DNA of 64,000 bases from Parvibaculaceae bacterium (GCA_965229975.1 OZ245936.1:1345539-1409538), one strand, 5' to 3'. Counted from the first letter of the stretch, positions 10,812 to 21,259 are shown. Numbers and translations: made by a program. Notes: generated from the letters alone by a model not told the origin.

Positions 10812-11309
10812 TCAGAGTTCCGCCTCGAGGCGGCCGAGGCTGGACAGCCAGCCGTTCTCGACGCCGTGGCCTGCCATCTCGTCGCGGGCGGCCTCGTCCT
10901 CGACGCGGATGGTGATGGTGAGCTGCGTGCCGCCGGGCACAGCCTCGAACGTGACGATCTGGATGCAGTCGGGCGGCGGCGTGCCGGGCCACGTGTCGTC
11001 GTCGGGGTCCACCACGTCGGTGAAGGCGATGCGCTCGTGGCGCATGACGTCGGTGAAGACGCCCATCGCGTGATAGATGTGCCCATCCGGTCCGCGCATG
11101 TGGATGAGCCACGGGCGGCCTGCTTCCGGCTCGAAGTCGCAGACCGGGGCGGTGAAGCCTTCCGGGCCCCACCAGCGGGCGACGTGCGCCGAGGCGGTCC
11201 ACATCTCCCAGACCTTAGCGACCGGCGCCGTGAACCGGCGCCGGATGATCAGTTCCGAGTCCGCGGGCCATGGCCCGGACGGGCGGATGTTGAGCGCGCG
11301 GTCAGCCAT
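10812..11309 (-). CDS. SRPBCC (Aha1/CalC-like) domain protein
   Basis: R.F.APVAKVW..WT...HVARWWGP.GF......D...G..W...M.GPDG; start ATG 11309. Confidence 0.88.
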   Translation of the reverse strand: MADRALNIRPSGPWPADSELIIRRRFTAPVAKVWEMWTASAHVARWWGPEGFTAPVCDFEPEAGRPWLIHMRGPDGHIYHAMGVFTDVMRHERIAFTDVVDPDDDTWPGTPPPDCIQIVTFEAVPGGTQLTITIRVEDEAARDEMAGHGVENGWLSSLGRLEAEL

Positions 11310-12243
11310 GGGCGCGAAGGCCCTCCACGGTCCCTTCGAGATACGCGCCAAGCGACTCCAGCACTTCGCTCCAGCCTTCGCTGTTGGAGATGCGGACGTC
11401 CGACTTTTCGAACCCGGTTTGCGAGAAGTTGAGGCGCGTGCCGCCATCTTCATCCGCAAACGTGACGGTTATCAGCGTGACGAGGTCGGAGCCGCCCTCG
11501 TTGCGCCACTGGTGCGTCTGGACGATGCGTTCGCTTTCGACGATCTCGCGGTATTCGCCCCCCATCTTCCAGTCGTTGCCTTCGGGGCTGCGCATGGTGA
11601 GGGACCACGTGCCGCCCTCGCGGAAGTCGGCCTCCGACTCCACCACCGTGAAGCCGTGCGGCACCATCCAGTTGTCGATGTGCTCCTTCTTCGACCACGC
11701 CTCGAAGACGAGGGCGCGCGGCGCGTTGTAGTGGCGCGAGAGGCGGAAGCCGGGGCGGGGGTCGGCCAGCTCGATGGCCAGTTCCTCCAGCCGGTCGTAG
11801 GTCTGGCGCATGCCCCATTCCATGCCGGAGGCGAACTGGCCGTCGCGGCCGGCTTCGCTCTCGTGGCGGATGACGAGATGGAGGCGCGTGCCTGCCCCGT
11901 CCGGCGCCAGCTCCATCGTGGCGACCGTGGGGTGCTCGGGCATGGGCTCGTAGATCTCGGTCTGGACGATGCGGCGCGGGGCGTCGATCTCGAGGATCTC
12001 GCCGTGGAAAGCCGCCTCGTGGTCACCGAACTGGCTGACATACCGCCACTTGCCGCCGACGCGGAAGTCGAGATCACAGGTCTTCATCACCGTGCCATAC
12101 GGACCGTACCAGCGGCGGACCTGGAACGGGTCGGAGAGGGCGCGGAAAACGTGCTCGGGCGGTGCGGCAATCTTGCGCGTCGCGACGATTTCCCGGTCGC
12201 CGCGCTTGTCGATGCTGAAGGTATCCGTGTTGGGCGCGGCCAT
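11302..12243 (-). CDS. Tandem two-domain SRPBCC (Aha1/CalC-like) protein
   Basis: Two repeats: R.I.APPE.VF.A..DP..V.RWYGP...DFRVGG.WR and R.YNAPR.LVF.AW...EH...W..P...ADFREGG.W; start ATG 12243. Confidence 0.88.
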   Translation of the reverse strand: MAAPNTDTFSIDKRGDREIVATRKIAAPPEHVFRALSDPFQVRRWYGPYGTVMKTCDLDFRVGGKWRYVSQFGDHEAAFHGEILEIDAPRRIVQTEIYEPMPEHPTVATMELAPDGAGTRLHLVIRHESEAGRDGQFASGMEWGMRQTYDRLEELAIELADPRPGFRLSRHYNAPRALVFEAWSKKEHIDNWMVPHGFTVVESEADFREGGTWSLTMRSPEGNDWKMGGEYREIVESERIVQTHQWRNEGGSDLVTLITVTFADEDGGTRLNFSQTGFEKSDVRISNSEGWSEVLESLGAYLEGTVEGLRAHG

Positions 12244-12245
12244 GA

Positions 12246-12749
12246 CTATGCGGCCTCCTTCAGGGTACGGACGAACTCGCCGAGCTGGTCGAACACGATG
12301 CCCCACCCATGCTCGAAGCCCATCTCTTCGTGCTTTTGCTTCGTGGCGGCATCCGGGTGGAGAACCCACGCGGTGTAGCGGGTGCCGCCCGCTTCATCCG
12401 CCAAGGTCACCACCGCCGTCATGAAGGGCGCGGCAACAGGCCGCCAGCCGGGTTCCATCGCGTCGGTGAAGACGATGCGCTCCATGGGCACAACCTCCGC
12501 AAAGATGCCGTTGCCAGTGTTCCTGGTGCCGTCAGGCAGAGTCATGGTCGTGCCGAAGGCGCCTCCGCTCCGAAAGTCGAACGAGTGGATTTCGAACTTC
12601 ACGGGCTTCGGGCACCACCATTCGGCCAGGTGGGCGGGATCGCGCCAGGCGGCCCAGACCAACTCGCGCGGCGCATCGAAACGCCGGGTCAGCATCAGGT
12701 CACGTTCGGGGTCGAATCCGCCGGGGGTATGATCAGTCGTCGGCGTCAT
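12246..12749 (-). CDS. SRPBCC (Aha1/CalC-like) domain protein
   Basis: DPERDL.LTR.FDAPRELVW.AW.DP..L..WWCPKP, FTDA...GW.P, H..MGF..GWG; start ATG 12749. Confidence 0.9.
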   Translation of the reverse strand: MTPTTDHTPGGFDPERDLMLTRRFDAPRELVWAAWRDPAHLAEWWCPKPVKFEIHSFDFRSGGAFGTTMTLPDGTRNTGNGIFAEVVPMERIVFTDAMEPGWRPVAAPFMTAVVTLADEAGGTRYTAWVLHPDAATKQKHEEMGFEHGWGIVFDQLGEFVRTLKEAA

Positions 12750-13101
12750 TGTCGGTGTCCTTTGCCTGGATTTCATCAAGGTAGGTGGCGAGGCGGTCGA
12801 GGCGGCCTTCCCAGAGGGCGCGCTGGTGGGCGATCCAGTCTTCGGCCTCTCCCAGCCTGTGGGGCTGCATGCGGCAGGTGCGCACGCGGCCCTTCTTCTC
12901 GGTGGTGACGAGGCCGCTGCGCTCGAGCACGCGCACGTGCTGCATGAAGGACGGCAGCGCCATGCCGAAGGGTTCGGCCAGCTCGCTGACGGAGGCCGGC
13001 CCCTCGCAGAGGCGGGAGAGCACGGCGCGGCGCGTGGGGTCCGCGAGGGCCTGGAAGACGTGATCGAGGGCCGGTTCGGCCGCGGTTTGATAGTTAGTCA
13101 T
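12733..13101 (-). CDS. ArsR/SmtB family transcriptional repressor
   Basis: LD.VF.ALADPTRR.VL.RL..G.ASV.ELA.PF.M.LP..MQH..VLE.SGLV...K.GRVR.C. Confidence 0.93.
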   Translation of the reverse strand: MTNYQTAAEPALDHVFQALADPTRRAVLSRLCEGPASVSELAEPFGMALPSFMQHVRVLERSGLVTTEKKGRVRTCRMQPHRLGEAEDWIAHQRALWEGRLDRLATYLDEIQAKDTDNDADD

Positions 13102-13136
13102 TTGACTAACTTATGGCCCGGCCGCCCGTAGCGCAA
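13092..13136 (-). promoter_or_regulatory. Promoter (TTGCGC-N17-TAAGTT) and palindromic operator overlapping the ArsR start codon
   Basis: 9-2-9 palindrome AGTTAGTCA-TT-TGACTAACT (13092-13111); -10 ends 6 nt before ATG; no SD sequence. Confidence 0.7.
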
Positions 13137-13358
13137 CAACAATTAGCCGCTTTACTAAGTTTTTCGGCGCGACCTCCCACACCTTTGATTTCCTTGACGT
13201 TTTACCGGTCCACGCCTTCGGAATTAAGGTTAAAAGGGGGTTTCCGGCGACAATTTCGCACCCGTCCTGTTTCATTTTGGGGCGGAGGCTGCGTCCCGGC
13301 GGTGCGGCATCCGCGTGATTGAGGGGCACTTGCTGCGTGGTCGGGGGGCCTACGCAAC

Positions 13359-14876
13359 ATGGACGTGATCAGGATATTTCTGCGGCGTGCGGGTGTGCGC
13401 ATGGCGGGTGCGCTGGCTGCGCTTGCCGGGCTGATGGCGGCGCCGGCGGCTGCGCAGGTGACCTATGCCGACTGCGAGGCCTTCAACGGACACGTTTTTC
13501 TCAAGGAAACCACGGACGCCTTCACCGAGCAGACGGTGACCGTTTCGACGATCCTCGATGGCGACGCGATCACGATCGATATCCGGGCACTTTCCGGGGC
13601 GCTCGGCGACTACAGCGCCGTCATCGACGTGGGCGGCACAGAGATCTTCAACGAGACGTTTTCCGGCGTCGGCACTTACGACCGCTCGGTTACCTACGAT
13701 CCGCCGGCGGATGCAACCTCGGTGGCTTTCCTGTTCGATACACTGCCCTTCACGACACCGGAGGGGCTCGTGCGGTTCACGGTGAGCTGTTCGCCGGGTA
13801 CGCCGTCCAGCAGTTCGAGTTCCAGCTCGCCCTCCCCCACCGTGATCGCGGCGACGTCGACCAACTTCGTGGCGGAACGGGTGCGGCGCATCCTCGACGA
13901 GGAGCCGGACCGGCCGCGCTACGTGCGCAAGCGCCTGAAGGCGCTGTGGGGCGGCGGCAAGCAGGACAACGTGAAGACGGCGGATGCGAGGGGCGATCCC
14001 GTCCTCGTCGGCATGGCTGCGCGGGAGGCGAGCCTGCGTGCCTATGCCTATGCCAATTCCAACGGCGGCGTGACGGACGGCTGCGGCGAGGACGAGACGG
14101 GCGACCCGGAGATCGGCTGTCTCGACCTGTGGAGCGAGGGGCACTACCTGCGCTTCAGCGGCGACGGCGACCGGGAGGGGCGCTTTGCCGTGGGCTATGT
14201 GGGCGGCGACGTGCACATCAACCCGTCGATGATTATCGGCGTGCTGGCGCAGTTCGACTGGATGGAGGACGAGGTCGGCAGCGTGTCGAGCAAGACGAAG
14301 GGTGTGGGCTGGATGGTCGGCCCCTACGCCTCGGCGCGGCTGACGCCCAACCTGTTCGTCGATGCGCGCGCGGCGTGGGGACGCTCCGATACCGACATCA
14401 ACACGCTGGGCGAGGTCTCGAACTTCCAGACGGACCGGTGGCTGGCGTCCATGCAAGTGACCGGCAACTTCCAGATGGGCGATTTCCGCGTGTCGCCGGA
14501 AGTGTCGGTGCAGTACATCCGCGAGACGCAGGATGCGTTCATGCTGGCGAACACGACGGTGCCGGAGCACACGATCAGCATCGGGCGGGTGCGGTTCGGC
14601 CCGGAGATCGCGCAGCTCTTCGTGCTCGAGAACGGCATGGTGATCGAGCCGCACGCGTCGCTGCGGGGGGCGTGGGACTTCGAGCCGGCGGAGACGGTGT
14701 CGCTGGGGGCCATCAATTACAATGACGAGGTGCTGCGCGGCATCGTCGAGGGCGGCTTCATCGTGCATGGCGGCAACGGCGTGAACATGCGCGTCACCGG
14801 CAAGTATGACGGGATCGGCGTCAACAACTTCCAGGCCTATGGCGGGACGTTGTGGGTCAATGTGCCGCTGCAGTAG
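13359..14876 (+). CDS. Autotransporter (type Va) outer-membrane beta-barrel protein with short passenger
   Basis: Signal peptide (AAPAAA|Q), about 110-aa beta-rich passenger, Ser8 linker, helix, C-terminal barrel with alternating strands (LDLWSEG..., YASARL, W.RS, ..WVNVPLQ); start could be ATG 13401. Confidence 0.85.
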   Translation: MDVIRIFLRRAGVRMAGALAALAGLMAAPAAAQVTYADCEAFNGHVFLKETTDAFTEQTVTVSTILDGDAITIDIRALSGALGDYSAVIDVGGTEIFNETFSGVGTYDRSVTYDPPADATSVAFLFDTLPFTTPEGLVRFTVSCSPGTPSSSSSSSSPSPTVIAATSTNFVAERVRRILDEEPDRPRYVRKRLKALWGGGKQDNVKTADARGDPVLVGMAAREASLRAYAYANSNGGVTDGCGEDETGDPEIGCLDLWSEGHYLRFSGDGDREGRFAVGYVGGDVHINPSMIIGVLAQFDWMEDEVGSVSSKTKGVGWMVGPYASARLTPNLFVDARAAWGRSDTDINTLGEVSNFQTDRWLASMQVTGNFQMGDFRVSPEVSVQYIRETQDAFMLANTTVPEHTISIGRVRFGPEIAQLFVLENGMVIEPHASLRGAWDFEPAETVSLGAINYNDEVLRGIVEGGFIVHGGNGVNMRVTGKYDGIGVNNFQAYGGTLWVNVPLQ

Positions 14877-14933
14877 CGCTTTCTTGACGCCAGCTTGACG
14901 TGAGGGGCCGCAGGGGCTTCAACCTCGCGGGCC

Positions 14934-15668
14934 ATGACCGACACCACTACATCCGCCACCCCGTCGCCTGCGCCGTCGCGCGCGCTCGTGCTGTTTTCGG
15001 GCGGGCAGGATTCCGCGACCGTGCTGGCCTGGGCGCTGGACCGCTATGCGTCGGTCGAGACCATCGGCTTTGCCTACGGGCAGCGGCACTCGGTGGAACT
15101 CAACCAGCGGCCGAAGGTGCTGGCGGGGATGGCCGCGGCGTTCCCTGCGTGGAAGGACCGGCTGGGGGCGGATCATGTGCTCGACATTGCCGAGTTCGGG
15201 GCGATCTCGGAGACGGCGCTGACGCGCGAGGCCGAGATCACCATGACGGAGGCGGGGCTGCCGTCCACCTTCGTCCCGGGGCGCAACCTGGTTTTCTTCA
15301 CGTATGCCGCCGCCGTTGCCTACCGGCGCGGGCTGGAGGTGCTGGTGGGGGGCATGTGCGAGACGGATTTTTCCGGCTACCCGGACTGCCGCGACGACAC
15401 GCTGAAGGCATTGCAGGTGGCGCTGTCGCTGGGGCTCGACCGGCGCTGCGTGATCGAGACGCCGCTGATGTGGCGCGACAAGGCGGACACATGGGCGCTG
15501 GCGGATGACCTGGGCGGCGATGCGCTCGTGGACCTGATCCGCGAGGAGACGCACACCTGTTACCTGGGCGACCGCGCGACGCGGCATGACTGGGGCTATG
15601 GCTGCGGGACGTGCCCGGCCTGCGCCTTGCGGGCGAAGGGCTGGGCCGAATGGCAGGCGCGGCGATGA
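14934..15668 (+). CDS. queC: 7-cyano-7-deazaguanine synthase
   Basis: [39 protein letters not shown]......GCG.CPAC. Confidence 0.97.
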   Translation: MTDTTTSATPSPAPSRALVLFSGGQDSATVLAWALDRYASVETIGFAYGQRHSVELNQRPKVLAGMAAAFPAWKDRLGADHVLDIAEFGAISETALTREAEITMTEAGLPSTFVPGRNLVFFTYAAAVAYRRGLEVLVGGMCETDFSGYPDCRDDTLKALQVALSLGLDRRCVIETPLMWRDKADTWALADDLGGDALVDLIREETHTCYLGDRATRHDWGYGCGTCPACALRAKGWAEWQARR

Positions 15669-16303
15669 CCTATTCGGTCAAGGAGATGTTCGCCACGTTG
15701 CAGGGCGAAGGCGCGCAGGCGGGGCGCGCTGCCGTGTTCCTGCGGTTTGCCGGCTGCAACCTGTGGACGGGGCGCGAGCAGGACCGCGACAGCGCCGTCT
15801 GCAAATTCTGCGATACGGACTTCGTGGGGACGGACGGGGACGGCGGCGGCAAGTTCGAGACGGCGGACGATCTGGCCAACGCGGTGACGGGCAAGTGGGC
15901 AGGCGGAGCCGACAACCGGCTCGTGGTCTGCACGGGGGGCGAGCCGCTGCTGCAGCTCGACGCGCCGCTGATCGAGGCCTTGCACGCGCGCGGCTTCGAG
16001 ATCGCGGTCGAGACCAACGGGACCATCGAGGCGCCGGCGGGGCTCGACTGGATCTGCGTCAGCCCCAAGGCGAATGCGCCGCTGAGGCTGACGCACGGGC
16101 ACGAGCTCAAGCTGGTCTATCCGCAACGGGAGGCGGAGGCGCAGCCGGCGCGGTTCGAAAACCTCGATTTCCGCCACTTTTTCCTGCAGCCGATGGACGG
16201 GCCCGCCCGCGACGAAAACACGCAAAAGGCAGTCCGCTATTGCATCGACCACCCGAAATGGCGTTTGTCCCTGCAAACTCACAAGTTCATCGGCATTCCG
16301 TAA
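15665..16303 (+). CDS. queE: 7-carboxy-7-deazaguanine synthase (minimal radical SAM, CX14CX2C type)
   Basis: Start ATG 15665 (ATGA overlap with queC); F.TLQGEG..AGR.AVF.RF.GCNLW(X)[26 protein letters not shown]. Confidence 0.97.
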   Translation: MTYSVKEMFATLQGEGAQAGRAAVFLRFAGCNLWTGREQDRDSAVCKFCDTDFVGTDGDGGGKFETADDLANAVTGKWAGGADNRLVVCTGGEPLLQLDAPLIEALHARGFEIAVETNGTIEAPAGLDWICVSPKANAPLRLTHGHELKLVYPQREAEAQPARFENLDFRHFFLQPMDGPARDENTQKAVRYCIDHPKWRLSLQTHKFIGIP

Positions 16304-16320
16304 CGGCAGCCCACCCGGCC

Positions 16321-16686
16321 ATGCGTATCACCAAGCAGTTCACGTTCGATGCGGCGCACTACCTGCCGCACATGCCCGAAGGCCACCCGAACCGGCGGCT
16401 GCACGGCCACTCGTTCCGGGTGATCGTGGCGCTGGACGGCACGCCCGCGCCCGAGACCGGGCAGATCCGCGACTTCTGGTCCGTGGAGGAGGCGCTGGGG
16501 GCGGTGCGCGGCGAGCTGGACCACCACTTCCTCAACGAGATCGAGGGGCTGGAGGCGCCGACGCTGGAGAACATCGCCATCTGGCTTTGGCGGCGGCTGG
16601 AAGGCCCGCTGCCGGAACTTGCCCGGGTGGAGATCCACCGCGACAGTTGCGGCGAGGCGTGCATCTACGAGGGGCCGGCGCAATGA
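16321..16686 (+). CDS. queD: 6-carboxy-5,6,7,8-tetrahydropterin synthase
   Basis: Start ATG 16321: [15 protein letters not shown]...H...RLHGHS, LDH.FLNEI.GL..PT.EN.A. Confidence 0.94.
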   Translation: MRITKQFTFDAAHYLPHMPEGHPNRRLHGHSFRVIVALDGTPAPETGQIRDFWSVEEALGAVRGELDHHFLNEIEGLEAPTLENIAIWLWRRLEGPLPELARVEIHRDSCGEACIYEGPAQ

Positions 16687-17138
16687 GCGGCGACGAGCTG
16701 AGCCAGCTGGGCCGCGAGACCGCCCTGCCCGCTTCGCCCGACGAGGCGGAGCTGGAGCGGGTGGCCAACCCGCACCCGGACACGGACTACGTGGCGCGGT
16801 TCACGGCGCCGGAATTCACGTCGCTGTGCCCTGTGACGGGCCAGCCGGACTTCGCGCACCTGGTGATCGACTACGTGCCGGGGGGCTGGCTGCTGGAATC
16901 CAAGTCGCTGAAGCTCTACCTCGCCTCGTTCCGCAATCACGGGGCGTTTCACGAGGACTGCACGGTGGCGATCGGCAAGCGGATCGCCGGGCTGATCGAG
17001 CCGAAATGGCTCAGGATCGGCGGCTACTGGTATCCGCGCGGCGGCATCCCCATCGACGTGTTCTGGCAGACGGGCACCCTGCCGGACGGAATATGGGTGC
17101 CGGATCAAGGGGTTGCGCCCTATCGCGGGCGCGGCTGA
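16683..17138 (+). CDS. queF: preQ0 reductase, type I
   Basis: Start ATG 16683; [41 protein letters not shown]. Confidence 0.96.
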   Translation: MSGDELSQLGRETALPASPDEAELERVANPHPDTDYVARFTAPEFTSLCPVTGQPDFAHLVIDYVPGGWLLESKSLKLYLASFRNHGAFHEDCTVAIGKRIAGLIEPKWLRIGGYWYPRGGIPIDVFWQTGTLPDGIWVPDQGVAPYRGRG

Positions 17139-17263
17139 CGCACGGGCCCCGGCATTGCCGCAACCATTGGTTCACATACGCAGTTAGCACTCTATCAATC
17201 GGCGATATGTGAGAATTCCTCCCGAAAACCCGTGGTGGTTGTGCCTCGGGAGAAGGAATTTCC

Positions 17264-18639
<1,376 letters not shown>

Positions 18640-18643
<4 letters not shown>

Positions 18644-19599
18644 GCGGCGCGTTCCGCCTTGCGCCGCTTCGCGCGGCGCGCCCTGATCTTTTCCGGCAAT
18701 GTCTGGCCGCTGTAGAGCCGCTCCGGCACGGGCTTGCCGCTCAGCGCATAGGTGCGGCGGCGCAGTTCTTCCGAGAAGGCGGTGCGGTCGCGCAGGTGGC
18801 TCAGGTCGCCCGGCGAAATGGGCGTGCCGATATGGACGCGCACGCGGCTGCCGATGCGGTCGCGCACTTCCTTGAAGAGCAGCGACAGGCGCAGCGTCCG
18901 GCTCAGGTGGCTGGCGATATGGAACAAGCGGCTGTTCTGCCCCTCGAAGAACATGGGCACCACGGTGGCGCCCGCCCCTTGCGCGAGCTGCGCCGTGAAG
19001 GGCTGCCACGCGGGATCGACCGCGCGGCCGAAGGGGCGCGGCGCCGTCGAGACCGTGCCGCCGGGAAAGACCACGATGACGCCGCCCGACCGCAGCATCT
19101 CGCGCGCGGTCCTGCGCGTGGCGATGTTGGTGGCCATCGCCTGCGGCGTCGGGTCGAAATCCACGGGCAGCAGGAACTCGCGCAGCTCCGGCGCCTGGGT
19201 CAGCAGGGCGTGGGTCAGCACCTTGAAGTCGCTGCGCACCATGGAGACCAGGTGGCTGATGACGAGGCCGTCCACCACGCCGAAGGGGTGGTTGGCGACG
19301 ACGACGACCGGGCCCGTGGCCGGTACCTGGCGCAGGCGGGCCATGTCGAACTCGATCTGGAGCTTCAGGTAGCGGATGGCGGCGGCGAAGAAGGTCTCGC
19401 CCGCGACCGGGTTGGCGCGGTTGTCGAGATACATGCGCCGGAGCCGCGGCTGGCCGGTCATCGCCTCGATGGCGCGGATCAGGAACCGCTTGAGGGGGGC
19501 ATCCTCGGTGGACGAATAGGAAAAAGCCGGCACGGGTGCGCCCGGTCCGTCCGCCGGGACCGGCAGATTGGCGTGTTCGACCGGCGCATGCATCACCAT
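18640..19599 (-). CDS. Lysophospholipid/glycerol acyltransferase family protein
   Basis: VVANHPFG..DG (HX4D), VFPGGTVS, VVP.FFEGQNS.LF; AAGGGAG RBS. Confidence 0.87.
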
Positions 19600-19627
19600 G
19601 GATGCGCTCCCTTCCCTCTTGCGGCGC

Positions 19628-19668
19628 CGACTCAGCTTTGGCGACTCGGCGGCGGCGTCCCCGACTCA
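19628..19668 (-). promoter_or_regulatory. Three YGAGTCG (GANTC/GcrA-type) motifs upstream of the acyltransferase
   Basis: Minus-strand TGAGTCG (19628-34), CGAGTCG (19642-48), TGAGTCG (19662-68). Confidence 0.55.
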
Positions 19669-19754
19669 ATTCGGACACGGTGATGACGTGCCCGCAACCC
19701 GGATACGTCAGCGGCGTGAAGGTTGGATGACAGGGGGTGGGGCTCGGCGTTGCA

Positions 19755-19812
19755 GTCGCCGGCGCTGCGGCAAGCGGGAATGCGAGTAGGCCCCCGCTCA
19801 AGGCGGGGGCGG
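19755..19812 (+). repeat. Direct repeat unit with REP-like hairpin (NCAAG loop), copy A
   Basis: GTCGCCGGCGCTGCGGCAAG...ATGCGAGT.GGCCCCCGC-TCAAG-GCGGGGGC; similar to 20028-20108. Confidence 0.55.
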
Positions 19813-19822
19813 TCGGGTTTGG

Positions 19823-20016
19823 GGCAAGCAAGGTGCTGAGTGTGCCTGACTACTCCCTGCTCCACCCTCACCCGGCGCTGGCGCGCCGACCTCTCCCTTC
19901 GAGGGAGAGGTGCGTTGGCGCGTGGGCGATGGCGCTCAAGCCCTCCCCCTCGAAGGGGGAGGGTTGGGTGGGGGTGGAGTGGGGAACCGCACGGCATGTT
20001 CGGCGCGTTGCTTGGC
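19823..20016 (+). mobile_element. 194-bp MITE/REP-like palindromic element, copy 1
   Basis: Terminal GGCAAGCAAG...TTGCTTGGC; internal hairpins CCTCTCCCTTCGAGGGAGAGG and CCCTCCCCCTCGAAGGGGGAGGG; collinear without indels to 21066-21259. Confidence 0.75.
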
Positions 20017-20027
20017 ACGGCGTGGCG

Positions 20028-20108
20028 GTCGCTGGCGCTGCGGCAAGGGCGTCGCGCCGTGCGGCAAGCCGGGATGCGAGTGGGCCCCACGGACAAGCCG
20101 TGGGGCGG
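20028..20108 (+). repeat. Direct repeat unit with REP-like hairpin (NCAAG loop), copy B
   Basis: GTCGCTGGCGCTGCGGCAAG (19/20 to copy A) ... ATGCGAGT.GGCCCCACGG-ACAAG-CCGTGGGGC. Confidence 0.55.
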
Positions 20109-20131
20109 ACGGAAGTGGGGGCTGGGTGGGG

Positions 20132-20968
20132 CTAGGCCGCCTTGGCGAGCTTGTCGAAGTCCTGGAGGCGCTCCAGCAGGCCGGCCATGTCCCTGAGGTG
20201 GACCATGTTGGGGCCGTCGCTTGGCGCGTTGTCCGGGTCCTGGTGGGTTTCCATGAAAACCGCGGCGACGCCGACGGCCACCGCAGCGCGGGCGAGGACG
20301 GGGACGAATTCGCGCTGGCCGCCGGAGGTGGCGCCCTGCCCGCCCGGCTGCTGGACCGAGTGGGTGGCGTCGAAGACGACCGGGGCGCCGGTCTTTGCCA
20401 GTTCCGGCAGGGCGCGCATGTCGGAGACGAGCGTGTTGTAGCCGAAGCTGGCGCCGCGCTCGGTCACCAGCACGTTGGGATTGCCCGCGCTCGTGATCTT
20501 GGTGACCACGTTCTTCATGTCCCACGGCGCGAGGAACTGGCCTTTCTTGACGTTGACCACCGCGCCGGTCTCGGCGGCGGCGACGAGAAGGTCCGTCTGG
20601 CGGCACAGGAAGGCGGGGATCTGGAGCACATCCACCACCTCGGCCACCGGCGCGCACTGGTCCGCCGTGTGGATGTCGGTGAGGACGGGGACGCCGAACT
20701 CTTCCTTCACGTCGGCGAAGATCGGCAGCGCCAGCTCCATGCCGAGGCCGCGCGGGCTGTTGGCCGACGTGCGGTTCGCCTTGTCGAAGGACGACTTGTA
20801 GATGAAGCCCATGCCGAGCTTCGCGGTGATCTCCTTCAGCGCGCCGGCCATCTCCAGCGCGTGCTGGCGGCTTTCCATGGCGCAGGGGCCCGCGATCAGC
20901 GTCAGCGGCTTCTCGTTGCCGATCTCGACGCCGTTCAGCTTCACCACGCTGTTGGGCTTGGTACTCAT
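20132..20968 (-). CDS. kdsA: KDO8P synthase
   Basis: Start ATG 20968; [64 protein letters not shown]. Confidence 0.98.
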   Translation of the reverse strand: MSTKPNSVVKLNGVEIGNEKPLTLIAGPCAMESRQHALEMAGALKEITAKLGMGFIYKSSFDKANRTSANSPRGLGMELALPIFADVKEEFGVPVLTDIHTADQCAPVAEVVDVLQIPAFLCRQTDLLVAAAETGAVVNVKKGQFLAPWDMKNVVTKITSAGNPNVLVTERGASFGYNTLVSDMRALPELAKTGAPVVFDATHSVQQPGGQGATSGGQREFVPVLARAAVAVGVAAVFMETHQDPDNAPSDGPNMVHLRDMAGLLERLQDFDKLAKAA

Positions 20969-21065
20969 AACCGGATGCTCCGTAGGCGGAAGGTTGACGC
21001 CCTTCCCGGCCGGGCGCACGGGGCCCGGCAAATCGGCGCTACACTAGGCTTTGTGCGGGGCCGGG

Positions 21066-21259
21066 GGCAAGCAAGACGCTGAAATTGCCGTGCTTTTCCC
21101 TGCTCCACCCCCACCCGGCGCTGGCGCGCCGACCTCCCCCTTCGAGGGGGAGGTGATGTTCCGCTGCCTCCTCGACAGCAAAGCCCTCCCCCTCGAAGGG
21201 GGAGGGTTGGGAGGGGGTGGAGCGGGGAACCGGAAGGCAGGTGCAGAGCCTTGCTTGCC
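21066..21259 (+). mobile_element. 194-bp MITE/REP-like palindromic element, copy 2
   Basis: 10-bp terminal inverted repeat GGCAAGCAAG...CTTGCTTGCC; same two hairpins; different 25-nt spacer. Confidence 0.75.

Noticed and set aside
14877-14933. preQ1 riboswitch upstream of queC
   Set aside because: No aptamer stem or A-rich tail signature in the short GC-rich gap.
14934-17138. queCEDF as a 7-deazaguanine DNA-modification (dpd) defence island
   Set aside because: No dpdA/tgtA5 or other dpd genes nearby; queF directs flux to preQ1 for tRNA queuosine.
17184-17201. TTAGCACTC, a perfect CIRCE (HrcA) half-site upstream of the kinase
   Set aside because: The second arm (GAGTGCTAA after 9 nt) is absent (GCGATATGT); a lone 9-mer is plausible by chance in 64 kb.
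19823-21259. CRISPR-like repeat-spacer array
   Set aside because: Only two units about 1.2 kb apart with kdsA between them, long palindromic repeats and no cas genes; better explained as MITE/REP.
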